From Acidobacteriota bacterium (GTDB lineage: Bacteria; Acidobacteriota; UBA890; WLXD01): a stretch of 64,000 nucleotides of DNA. The notes under the pieces are model-generated. The model was given only the letters and a program-made list of their open reading frames with translations, was not told where the DNA came from and made no database searches. Below are positions 51,812-61,164 of this stretch, piece by piece. The DNA is taken from contig CBDBHB010000007.1 of NCBI GenBank assembly GCA_965205505.1, positions 512,001-576,000 of the forward strand, written 5' to 3'. Numbering within the stretch: the stretch's first letter is position 1; each line of letters opens with the position of its first letter. A program made the position numbers and the translations under genes.

Positions 51812-53626
51812 TCAGGACGCGTCGATATGGTCGGCGGCCGGCGGGTAGAATCGGTCGACGCTGTTGCTCATGAGAAAGTGGTAGGCGACCGTGTTGGGCG
51901 GCTCCAGCGGACGATCGGCCGGGGCTTGTTGCCAGGGCATCACCTGGCGGAATGCTTCCCAGGACGCCGTCGGCGCTTCCCCGAAACGGCGCGAAGGGTC
52001 CTGGATTTTCCGGATATCCATCCAATAGGCGGCCGTCATCAGGTCCTGTGCGAGCAGCCGCATGGTGGACCGAACGACGGCGCGTGCGCGCGTCACCTTT
52101 AGAAAGGTCTGCGCTTGGAGTTCTTCCACCGCGTCGCTTACCGGAACGCCCTCGGGGGTCAGCGGATGCGAGAGGATCTGGATCTCTTGCCAGATCGCCG
52201 TGGGATCGTAGCCGATCCCCCAGGGGGCGGCGTTCGCGCGCTGCTCGGGCGTCAGCACGTCCTCGGGCGAGACCACTGTGAAGAAGGGATTGCCGAACCG
52301 GTAGATGCGTTGGACGACGGCGACATCCATGTTGGCGAGCGCGTTGGTGAAGGCCTCGATTTCGTTGGCCATGGGAATAGGGATCCCAGTTCGCGTTCGA
52401 AAAAATGAAGCCGCTCTGACCGTTGCTGTGCTCGCCGCCGCGCACGTAGTATTTCATCGCCTGCGGCGTGTTCAGCTCCCAGCTGTCTTCGGGCGAGACT
52501 CCCACGAGCACGGCGGGATTCTGGTCGGATGAGTTGATCTGCAGGAGCACCGTGTCTCGCAGCATCGCCCAGGCCTTCCAGGCCGAGCCCTGCCGCGCAT
52601 AGGAGGCGCGCATGCTCACCGGGTCCTGGATGATCCGTTGCGGATCATCGTCGAACAGATAGCTGCCGCGGAGCATGTCAAGCACCCGCGCGGCGTCGAG
52701 ATTGAGCCATTTGAAAGGCCGGTTCGCCTGCACCGGCGAGGTGAGCGGCATCACGCTGCTGTTGAGCGCGGCCAGATCCATCGCATAGATGAGGTCGGCC
52801 CAGTCGATCGCCGCGCGCCCCTCGGCGACCAGCAGCGCCGCCTGGCCGACGGCGTAGGCGTTGGTGCTGAAGAAGGCGGAGGTGTAGACTGCTCGAGCGG
52901 CTCGAGCGGCTCGAGCGGCTCGAGCGGCGACAGCCCCGCCGCCTCGAGCGCCTGTGCGGCAGTCATGCGCTCGCCCTGGTAGTAGGCGAAGCCTTCCCCG
53001 CCCATCACCGCCAGCACATTGCCCATCTGCGACAGGTCCGCCTCGCCGAGCGAGCCGCGCGAATATACGGCCGGCGTCACCCGCGAGTTGAGCATGTCGA
53101 CGAGAATCTGGCTCAGCCCCGGGCTCGCCGCCTCATAGACCATCGTGTTGGCCCGCACCGCCATCAGCGCGCGCACGATCTCCTCGTCGGAGACTTCCGG
53201 GCCGATACCGCGCTGGGCGCCGGCGCGAAACGCCCGCTTGCGGCGGTTGTAGATATAGTCGCGGTTTTCGGGCGCCAGCGGATCGCCGGTGAACAGCGAG
53301 ACCTCGCGCCCCGATCCCGCGCCGCGATTGAAGCCATAGATCGCAACGCCCTCGGTCGACGCTTGGCGAATCAGGCCGAACGCCTCGTTCTGGCGTTGCC
53401 TGGCCTCGGGGCTCAGCTCCACCTTGGCACCGTACCTGGCGATGTCGACGACCTGCTCGATAGTCATGTCCTCGCCGGTCAGCACGATGCTGCGGTCGAC
53501 CATCGTCGCCGTAATCGAATGATAGGAGGGCGGCGCCTCGGTCATTTGCGCTTGGGCGATGCCGCAGCTAAGCAACGCCGCCGCCACTGCGATCGGCGCT
53601 CCCCGTGACCGTGCCTTATTCATCAT
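51812..53626 (-). CDS. Aromatic amino acid ammonia-lyase (HAL) family protein lacking the ASG/MIO triad, with a signal peptide; frameshifts near 52890 and 52376
   Basis: IYGFNRGAG, GSLGEADL, STNAY, IQDPVSMR, NSSDQNP, SNANWDPYP, VEELQ; spans three ORFs. Confidence 0.8.
52892..52927. repeat. 9-bp tandem repeat (CTCGAGCGG)x4
   Basis: Read directly; encodes PLE repeats in the lyase. Confidence 0.95.
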
Positions 53627-53878
53627 CACGACATCCCCGTCCAAGAGTCACCGTCCGCTGTCTTCATTCCTGGTAGGCGCGCGGCATGGCGCGCGAAACA
53701 CAGGATTGGCCTCGCTTCGGCTACTCTACGTCTGCCCAGTGGGGTCTTTCGAGGACTAATCTACGAGTTTTCTTCGCCCTGAGTGGACGGGCCGCTGGTG
53801 CGCGGGTCCGCCTATCGCCTCTTTGAAATCGAATACCGGTCCTGTACTCACGGCACTTGCCTACTGGAGGCTCCCGGA

Positions 53879-55624
53879 ATGGGGTTGCGCGGCATAGTTG
53901 CTTTGCTCGCCTTGGCCCAGGCGTCCATTGGATCAGATGGCTCGCTCGCGGACATGGTTTTCGTGAATGGCGCCGTTTACACGGTTGATGCCGCGCGAAG
54001 CTGGGCGTCCGCGGTGGTCGTGACCGGTGATCGAATCACTTATGTCGGGGACGATGCCACTGCGCGCGATTTCGCCGGCCCGGCGACACGTGTCGTCGAC
54101 CTCGGGCGGCGCATGCTGCTACCAGGCTTCCAGGACTCCCATGTGCACCCTGGGATGGTTCCCAATCCGGCCGACTACGTAAGGCTCGACGGCCTGATTC
54201 GTCGCCAGGAGGTACTCGAGAGGCTTCGACAGTATGCCCAGGCGCGTCCCGAAAAACCCTGGATAGAGGGCGGCGGCTGGGACGAGACGGCGTTTCTTCC
54301 CAGCGGCCTACCCACCCGGGAGATGCTCGATAGCGTGGTCCCGGACCGACCCGCCTATCTGGTTAACAACTCCGGCCACGGCGGCTGGGCCAATTCGCTG
54401 GCGCTGGCCGCCGCGGGCATCAGCGCCGATACCGCCGACCCGCCCAACGGACGAATCGAGCGCGACGCGGACGGTCAGCCCACGGGCGCACTGCACGAGG
54501 AGTCGGCAATGGCGCTGGTCGACGCCGTCATTCCGCCGCTGACGGCCGAGGCGCGCGTGCTGAATCTGTCGGCGGCGCTGGACGAAATGAGTCGACTGGG
54601 CATTACGGCGCTCGAAGACGCCATGGCCACTCCCGAGATCGCGCGCGCCTACAAGACGCTGGACGAGCGCGGCGAACTGAAACAGCGCACCAACCTGTGT
54701 CTGCCCCACAGCCCCGCCGAAGACGACGACGCTCAGATCCAATCGTTCCTGACCCAACGCGCCGAGCTTGCCGGTCGTCGGCTACGGGCTAGCTGCGTGA
54801 AGCTCTTTCTCGACGGCGCCTACGGGTCTCACACGGTGGTCTTACTCGAGCCGTATAGCGACGATCCGAAGAGGTACGGTAAGGGTGAGCTTTTTATCGA
54901 ACAGAGCCGACTCGATCGTCTTGTCACCCGCCTGGACGCCGAGGGTTTTCAGGTGCACGCACACGCTCAAGGCGACGGCGCCGTGCGTGCCGCCCTCGAT
55001 GCCTTTGCCGAGGCTCGTCGGCACAACGGCTTTCGCGATAACCGGCACACAATCGCCCACCTGTGTCTGATCGACGCCGCCGACATCCCACGATTCAGAA
55101 CCCTCGGTGTGATCGCCAACATGACCCCCTTGTGGAGCCTTGGTGACGCCTGGGAAACGGTGTTTGCGCCACGCCTATTCGGGCCGGAGCGCAGCCAGCG
55201 TATCTTCCAGACTCGAACTCTCCTGGGCTCGGGCGTGATGATCGCCTGGGGCTCGGACTGGGACGTCACCGGAGTTTCACCCCTCGACGGCCTCGAGACC
55301 GCTACCACCCACCGCTATCCCGGCGGCATAGATCTCGCCGGCAATGAGGACAGCGCCTGGATTCCTGAGGAGAGGATCAGCCTGGAGCAAGCGATCGTCG
55401 CCTACACCAGCGCTGGGGCCTATCTCATGCACGCCGACAGCACGAGAGGATCGCTCTCGGCAGGAAACCTGGCTGACTTCGTCGTTCTGGACAGCAATCT
55501 CTTTGAAAGGAATCCCCTGGAGATCCACACCGTGCAGGTCGACATGACGGTCGTCGGTGGACAGTTGGTGTACACGGCGCCTGTCCCGGCTTCACCGAGC
55601 GATGCTGCCCCTTCCCGCAGTTAG
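53879..55624 (+). CDS. Exported Amidohydrolase_3 family protein
   Basis: PGFQDSHVH, KLFLDG, HAQGD, IAHL, GSDW. Confidence 0.9.
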   Translation: MGLRGIVALLALAQASIGSDGSLADMVFVNGAVYTVDAARSWASAVVVTGDRITYVGDDATARDFAGPATRVVDLGRRMLLPGFQDSHVHPGMVPNPADYVRLDGLIRRQEVLERLRQYAQARPEKPWIEGGGWDETAFLPSGLPTREMLDSVVPDRPAYLVNNSGHGGWANSLALAAAGISADTADPPNGRIERDADGQPTGALHEESAMALVDAVIPPLTAEARVLNLSAALDEMSRLGITALEDAMATPEIARAYKTLDERGELKQRTNLCLPHSPAEDDDAQIQSFLTQRAELAGRRLRASCVKLFLDGAYGSHTVVLLEPYSDDPKRYGKGELFIEQSRLDRLVTRLDAEGFQVHAHAQGDGAVRAALDAFAEARRHNGFRDNRHTIAHLCLIDAADIPRFRTLGVIANMTPLWSLGDAWETVFAPRLFGPERSQRIFQTRTLLGSGVMIAWGSDWDVTGVSPLDGLETATTHRYPGGIDLAGNEDSAWIPEERISLEQAIVAYTSAGAYLMHADSTRGSLSAGNLADFVVLDSNLFERNPLEIHTVQVDMTVVGGQLVYTAPVPASPSDAAPSRS

Positions 55625-55635
55625 AGCGAGCGACG

Positions 55636-57102
55636 CTAGTCCCCGGCCTTGACGACCTCCTTCATGTACCAGTTGACGAAGCCGTTGGGGCCGCCCTCGA
55701 AGGTGGAGTAGCGACTGGCAGCGTAGGCGCCGGACTCGATGCCCACGTGGTTGTTGTCGGTGATCCAGATGTCTTCCAGGAGCGTGATGTACCACAGCGC
55801 CTTGACGTTGTCCGGATCATAGTCGCGACCCTCGACGGCGTCGGGATGCACCAGCCAGACAGTCTCGCAATCGGTGAGCTTCTCCGTCCGCGGCGTGAAC
55901 CGTGCTACCACAACGTGATCGTCGTAGGCTTGCCAGAAGCCGGTGGTCTGGCCTGACCCGGCTTGGTCAGTCTCGTGGTTCCACCCTGTGATGTTGGGAA
56001 GGAGGATTGAGACCGGCTTGCCGTCGACCGACCCGGTGATGAAGCCGGGATTGAGCAACCCACCCATGCTCCCGGTGAGCTGCCCCGGTCGGGACTCCTC
56101 CGGAACCCACGCCGCGACCTCAGCAGCCCTTTCGTTTCTCTGCTCGCGCGTGAGCTCCAGATTCCAGTTGTGCGTCGCCACCAGATTCGTGTGCGACGGG
56201 CCGCAGTGATAGCACTCCCTGAAGTTCTCGATGAACAGCTTCCAGTTGGCGTTGATCGGGACGTATTCGCGTGCCGCGACCTTCAGATCCTCGAGGCTCC
56301 ACTTCTCGCCGATGTCCCTCACCGAGCTCACAGCCGACTCGAAGTCCGGCGGCGTGTCCGACTTGGACAGGTTGACGAAGACCTGGCCTTCGGCGACCCG
56401 CGTGTGGCAGGGAAGCAAACCGTTGTCGGCCGGGTCGAAGTCGTCCTGCATGCCGTAGGCGTAGATCAGGTTGCCTTCGGTGTCGTACGTCCAGGCGTGG
56501 TATGGGCAGCGGAACACCGGTGAGTTACCGGACTGGCCGAGCTGCTTGACCGACAGGCGCGGGTCGCTCGGGGGCGCGTCGGCATCGTGGCGGCACAGGC
56601 GCGAGCCGCGGTGGCGGCAGACGTTGTAGAAGCCTCGGATCTCGTTATCCGTACCACGGACGATCAGGATGGACTCGGAGCGACCGAACTCGAATACGTA
56701 GAAGTCACCCGGGTTCGGAATGCGGCTCGCCTGGTCGGTGTACTGCCAGATGTTCTCGGCCAAGAACGCTTCATCGGCGTCGAAGTGCTTTGGGTCGAGG
56801 TAGTACTCGGCGGGAAGGGTCAGGCCGTCCTTCCAGACGTCCGCGCTGGCTCTCTGGGGGACCGGCGTGGTCAAGGGAGCCGCATCCCCGCCACCGTAGC
56901 CACCGGGCTCGTCTGGCATCTCGACACGAGCCGCACGACCATAGGTCGTCTTCGTCGCGGCGCTCTTGACCGGGGTCGAGCCGAGCAACGTGTTCGGCAG
57001 GGCGACAGCCGCGGTGCCGGCGGCGACCGAGGTCTTTGCGAAGGTCCGGCGGCTGAGCTTGGTATCCGCGCCGTTCGTCTCGCCTGTATCTCGCTTGCTC
57101 AT
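55636..57102 (-). CDS. Rieske non-heme iron oxygenase alpha subunit (GbcA/choline monooxygenase-like) with a Tat signal
   Basis: SRRTFAK plus hydrophobic stretch; CRHRG...CPYHAW; NWKLFIENFRECYHCGPSH; ED in the C-terminal helix. Confidence 0.9.
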   Translation of the reverse strand: MSKRDTGETNGADTKLSRRTFAKTSVAAGTAAVALPNTLLGSTPVKSAATKTTYGRAARVEMPDEPGGYGGGDAAPLTTPVPQRASADVWKDGLTLPAEYYLDPKHFDADEAFLAENIWQYTDQASRIPNPGDFYVFEFGRSESILIVRGTDNEIRGFYNVCRHRGSRLCRHDADAPPSDPRLSVKQLGQSGNSPVFRCPYHAWTYDTEGNLIYAYGMQDDFDPADNGLLPCHTRVAEGQVFVNLSKSDTPPDFESAVSSVRDIGEKWSLEDLKVAAREYVPINANWKLFIENFRECYHCGPSHTNLVATHNWNLELTREQRNERAAEVAAWVPEESRPGQLTGSMGGLLNPGFITGSVDGKPVSILLPNITGWNHETDQAGSGQTTGFWQAYDDHVVVARFTPRTEKLTDCETVWLVHPDAVEGRDYDPDNVKALWYITLLEDIWITDNNHVGIESGAYAASRYSTFEGGPNGFVNWYMKEVVKAGD

Positions 57103-57211
57103 GCCGCCCTCCATCCGTCGAGTCCGAAACTGCAGTGCCCCTTCCGCTTGCCACGACGAGCGGTACCAGGAACCCGGTGATATTACAACCGTAGCGCCGT
57201 CACCTGGCGGT

Positions 57212-57237
57212 CGAGGCGAGGGTGCACCCTCGCCTCG
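57212..57237. terminator. 26-bp perfect palindrome downstream of the choice-of-anchor B gene; possible terminator or stabilising hairpin
   Basis: CGAGGCGAGGGTGCACCCTCGCCTCG; no U-tract. Confidence 0.45.
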
Positions 57238-57243
57238 CGTCGA

Positions 57244-59637
57244 TCACGGCGAGTCATCGGTTCCCTGCAGCCGGAGCAAGAACAGGCCCTCGCGCTGGCT
57301 GCTGACGGCGACAACCCCGCTCTTGAAATAGGGGTAGTTGCTCCACGCGCCGACGGACGTCACGCCGGCCACACCGAAGCCGCCGTCATCGCCCCACGGA
57401 ACGGTGTCGAGGAAGCCGATCGGGCGCATGCGCTCGCGATCGCTGATGTCGTACACGCGCAGGCCGCTGCGGAGGACGGATTGGTACATCACGTCGCCGA
57501 GGATATAGAGGTTGTGGTCGGTACCCGTGGTCTCGGAGACGTACTCGCCGACGAGGATCGGGTCGTCGAGCTCGGAGATGTCGAAGATCATCGTGCGCGC
57601 GCCGGGGGTGAGCCCGTTGATCTCGTCCAGCTCGTCGTTCAGGTAGAAGTACCGGTGGTCGTCGGAGACCCCGCCCTGGTGCGTGTAGCCGACGTTCGGG
57701 TAGGTGGCGATCGACACCGCCACCGGGTTCCGCTTGTCGGTGACGTCGGCGATGCTGACCGCCGTTGCGTTCGACCCGATGCAGATCTCGTGGCCCGCGT
57801 AACGCTCGTCGGGGCCGCTGTAGATGATGCACTGGGCGTCGTGTGTGTAACCGGTGCCTCGGCCGGTGTTGGTGTCGGCGAAGCAGCCCTCGAAGATCGG
57901 CTGCCGCGGGTCCTCGACGTTGATCATGTGGAGCCCGCCACCACAGGTCTCGCCGCCGCCGCTGGCGCCGACGACGTAGGCGTAGGGGGTGCCCTCGTCG
58001 ATGACGATGTTGTGGGCGCTGTGGATGCGGTCGTAGTGCGCGTCCTCCGAAAAGGCGAGCGGCTCACCCTCGAACTCGCGCAGGTGTGCCAGATCGAAGA
58101 TCTGCACGCCGTGCTCGCCGGCGCCGTCGGCGACGATGAACACGTGGTCGCCGTAGATCTTGAGGTCGCGCCACAGACTCGGCGTCGCGCCCTCAGTCTT
58201 CTCGATGCTGCCGACCCACACGGGAGCGTACGGGTCGGTGACGTCGACGAAGGAGGTACGGTCGCTCATCCCGACGATGGCGTATTCGCGGCCGGTCTCG
58301 GGATCGGCCCACCCCCACATGTCGTTGACCCCGACGCCACGGCTGCCGCCGAGCTCGTGGATCGGCATGAAGGCCACCAGGTCGACGTTGTCGCAGGGGA
58401 AGATGGCGGCCATGCCGTCGACGCACTCGATGGTCTCGCCGATGAGTGGCTCGAGCCGCGCCTCCTCGCTGAGCACACGGGCGCGGTCCCAGCCGCCGAG
58501 GCCGCGGCTCATGATCACGGCGGTGCCGGCGCTGTAATCGTCCCCGGGAATGCCGGCCGCGACGACATCGCCCCAAGCCGCCAGGGAGGCTCCCATCTGG
58601 GTGCGGCCCAGGAGGCCCATCGCGCCGATCTTGCTCGCGGTGGTCCAGTTGCCCGTGCCGTCCCGCCGGAAGTGGTAGACGTCTCCTGTCCCACCGTTGG
58701 CGCCGGGGGCGCCTACGAAGGCTTCGTCATTGTCGAAGACCACCGCCGTGCCGAAGCGGCTGCCGGCCGGAGCGTCGTACGGCACCAGCGTGCCATGCTG
58801 GACCCACTCGCCGGCAGGCTCGTCGAATCGGTAGGCGTAGACCGCCCCGGCGCCGTCGTCGACACCCGGCGAGCCGATCATCACCTCACCGTCGCCGGAG
58901 CCCATAGTGGAGCCGAAGGCGTCTCCCGCGGCGGACTCGAGGCCCGCCAGGCTGCCGGCAGGTTGCCAGCCGTTGCCCTGGCGCCGAAACATGTGCACGC
59001 GCCCCGGATTCGTTCCCCCTCCCGGCGCCCCGACGAAGAGCCAGTCCCCCCAGACGGTTACGCTGCTGCCGAAGTTGGACGGCGCGACTCCCTCGTCCTC
59101 TGCCTCGTCCGCGGCGTCCTCGGGACGCAACTTGGAGAGGAGCTCCCAGCCCGCACCCCCGCGGCGGTAGAGGTAGACGGCGCCGATCCCGTCGTCGCGC
59201 TGTGGCGCCCCCACCGCCATGATGCCGCGCGCTGCTGCCATCGAGCCGCCGAACTGGTCCCCGGCGGTACCGTCGTCCGGCGCCACCCGTCCTACCTCGA
59301 CCCAGCTCCTGCCTCGGCGCTCGAAGACGTAGGCGGCCCCCGCGCCCGCCTGCGTCGCGCCGACGAGCACCCGCTCCCCGGCTACCGCCAGCGACGCGCC
59401 GAACCCGTCTCCGACGGAGGAATCGGAGCGCGTGAGGCGCTGGAACTCCACCCAGCCCCCGGAGCCCGGCCGGTACACGTAGACGATGCCGGGGCCGGCC
59501 TGGTTGGCCGGCTCGCCAATGAGGATCTCGCCCTCGACGGCGGCGACCGCACGGCCGAAGCCGAGCTGCGCTTCGGCGGGGCTCGCCAGCGCGAGCGCGA
59601 GAAGGGTGAGACAGATCACGGGGACGTGCTTGCTCAT
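57244..59637 (-). CDS. Secreted FG-GAP repeat + choice-of-anchor B/LVIVD protein
   Basis: Signal peptide, repeated FG.S.A...VGAP...GAVY, NDMWGWAD, SAHNI, YTHDAQC, YTHQG, GAWSNYPY. Confidence 0.88.
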   Translation of the reverse strand: MSKHVPVICLTLLALALASPAEAQLGFGRAVAAVEGEILIGEPANQAGPGIVYVYRPGSGGWVEFQRLTRSDSSVGDGFGASLAVAGERVLVGATQAGAGAAYVFERRGRSWVEVGRVAPDDGTAGDQFGGSMAAARGIMAVGAPQRDDGIGAVYLYRRGGAGWELLSKLRPEDAADEAEDEGVAPSNFGSSVTVWGDWLFVGAPGGGTNPGRVHMFRRQGNGWQPAGSLAGLESAAGDAFGSTMGSGDGEVMIGSPGVDDGAGAVYAYRFDEPAGEWVQHGTLVPYDAPAGSRFGTAVVFDNDEAFVGAPGANGGTGDVYHFRRDGTGNWTTASKIGAMGLLGRTQMGASLAAWGDVVAAGIPGDDYSAGTAVIMSRGLGGWDRARVLSEEARLEPLIGETIECVDGMAAIFPCDNVDLVAFMPIHELGGSRGVGVNDMWGWADPETGREYAIVGMSDRTSFVDVTDPYAPVWVGSIEKTEGATPSLWRDLKIYGDHVFIVADGAGEHGVQIFDLAHLREFEGEPLAFSEDAHYDRIHSAHNIVIDEGTPYAYVVGASGGGETCGGGLHMINVEDPRQPIFEGCFADTNTGRGTGYTHDAQCIIYSGPDERYAGHEICIGSNATAVSIADVTDKRNPVAVSIATYPNVGYTHQGGVSDDHRYFYLNDELDEINGLTPGARTMIFDISELDDPILVGEYVSETTGTDHNLYILGDVMYQSVLRSGLRVYDISDRERMRPIGFLDTVPWGDDGGFGVAGVTSVGAWSNYPYFKSGVVAVSSQREGLFLLRLQGTDDSP

Positions 59638-59750
59638 CGTTCACCTCGTCTTGGCGGCGGATACGGGCACAGCGATGACGGTGGGGCCGTCGAGCCTGGC
59701 GTTGCCGGTGCCACTCCGTCCGCCCGGCGTCGACTCACCACGCGTCGACT

Positions 59751-59785
59751 CTAGCAGGCCGTGGTGAAAGTGTGGCGGGCCTGGC
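59751..59785. mobile_element. Solo terminal repeat of MITE family A
   Basis: CTAGCAGGCCGTGGTGAAAGTGTGGCGGGCCTGGC, followed by another CTAG at 59792. Confidence 0.75.
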
Positions 59786-60046
59786 AATCGACTAGCGGTG
59801 AATCGTTAGGCCCAATGTTTAGGTGGGGACACCGCTTACCGGGCGTCGGGTGGCCTTGTCTTGTTGAGTGCTCATCCCGACAGCCGTGGGCCGGAGACGC
59901 GATTCTGCGAGTGCGAACTGACGACGGCCACGCCCTTGTCGGTATTCCTAGAGGCAGGCCAGTTTCTTGCTAAACTGCGGGCACAGTTTGGGCACAATCG
60001 GCCTCACAAGATCCACCGTGCGGCTCGTAAGTGCCCATGAATAAGG

Positions 60047-60088
60047 GGGCTCGTAGCTCAGCTGGATAGAGGAGCGGACTGCTAGTCC
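60047..60088 (+). tRNA. Degenerate tRNA 5' half (Arg-like), probable att scar
   Basis: GGGCTCGTAGCTCAGCTGGATAGAG D-arm, then GGA-CTGCTAG-TCC; no T-arm. Preceded by the direct repeat GGGCACA at 59979 and 59990. Confidence 0.6.
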
Positions 60089-60214
60089 AAACGGGCGCAG
60101 TTGGTTTCAGAGGCTGGGCAACGCTATCTGGGAAATCCCGGATACTGTGCCGTCAGGGGACGCAGCGTGGCCGCGGAGCATGCACCAACACCAGGACGAG
60201 AACCGAATTAACTG

Positions 60215-60985
60215 ATGGTCGACGCGGTGCTCACTGACGTCGAGGACGGGATCCGGACGATTAGTTTGAACCGGCCGGACTGCCTCAACGCGATGAACCG
60301 TTCCCTGATCGAGGGTGTTCGCGCCAGCTTCGCGCACGCCAACCGCGATCCGGAGACGAAGGTCATCATCTTCACCGGAGCCGGCAAGGCCTTCTGCGCC
60401 GGCGACGACCTGGACGAGAACCCGCCCCGTGGCGACGAGCCGGCCGTGCGCCCCATGGTGGAAGAGCTGCAGCAGTGCACCCGCGAGATCGTCTTCGGGC
60501 CAAAGATTGTCGTCGGCGCCATCAACGGCTGGGCCGCGGGCGGAGGCTTGGAGTGGGCCATCAACTGCGACCTGACCCTGTGGGCCGAGAGCGCCCGGCC
60601 GTTCTTTCCTGAGATCAAGCTGGGAGTATCGGTGACCGGAGGGGTCACTGCCCTGTTGCCACGGATTGTCGGGTTGGTGAAGGCGCGCGAGATGATGCTG
60701 TTCGGTGCCAAGCTCGGTGCAGCCGAGCTCGCCGGGATGGGGCTGGCCTGGCGGGTCGTGCCCGACGCAGAGCTCATGGACGAGGCCCGCACGGTTGCCG
60801 CCGAGATCGCCGCCCTGCCACAGCGACCCGTGACTGAGATGAAGCGGATGCTCGCGCGGGTCACGATGGCCGAGCTCGAGACAGCGTTGCAGGTGGAGAC
60901 CGAGACGGCGATCCGCGGCGCCCTGAGCCCGGAGGTTGCCGACGGGCTACGGGCTTGGCAGGAGCGGAAACGTGGCGCCTCGTGA
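60215..60985 (+). CDS. Enoyl-CoA hydratase/isomerase (crotonase) family
   Basis: LNRPDCLNAM, AFCAGDDL, AINGWAAGGGLEW, PEIKLG. Confidence 0.92.
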   Translation: MVDAVLTDVEDGIRTISLNRPDCLNAMNRSLIEGVRASFAHANRDPETKVIIFTGAGKAFCAGDDLDENPPRGDEPAVRPMVEELQQCTREIVFGPKIVVGAINGWAAGGGLEWAINCDLTLWAESARPFFPEIKLGVSVTGGVTALLPRIVGLVKAREMMLFGAKLGAAELAGMGLAWRVVPDAELMDEARTVAAEIAALPQRPVTEMKRMLARVTMAELETALQVETETAIRGALSPEVADGLRAWQERKRGAS

Positions 60986-60989
60986 GGAG

Positions 60990-61050
60990 TCAACGGATGC
61001 TGAGGAACTCGTAGGCCGCCGTGATTTCCTTGAACCTCTTTTCCGTCGGC
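60990..61050 (-). pseudogene. J-domain C-terminal remnant
   Basis: TEKRFKEITAAYEFLS* resembles the DnaJ motif F..I..AY..LS. Confidence 0.45.
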
Positions 61051-61164
61051 TTGACGAGTTCGGATTAAACGCGAATGTACCATTACCGATTCCGTAGGTT
61101 GCGGGTGCCGCTGCCTACCCCGGCGGCAAGAATGCAGCCCGATCAAAGAGGAGGAGGGGAGACG

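Noticed and set aside
28744-59785. CRISPR array formed by the ~34-bp repeats
   Set aside because: The copies are dispersed, occur as inverted pairs, lack regular spacers, and there are no cas genes.
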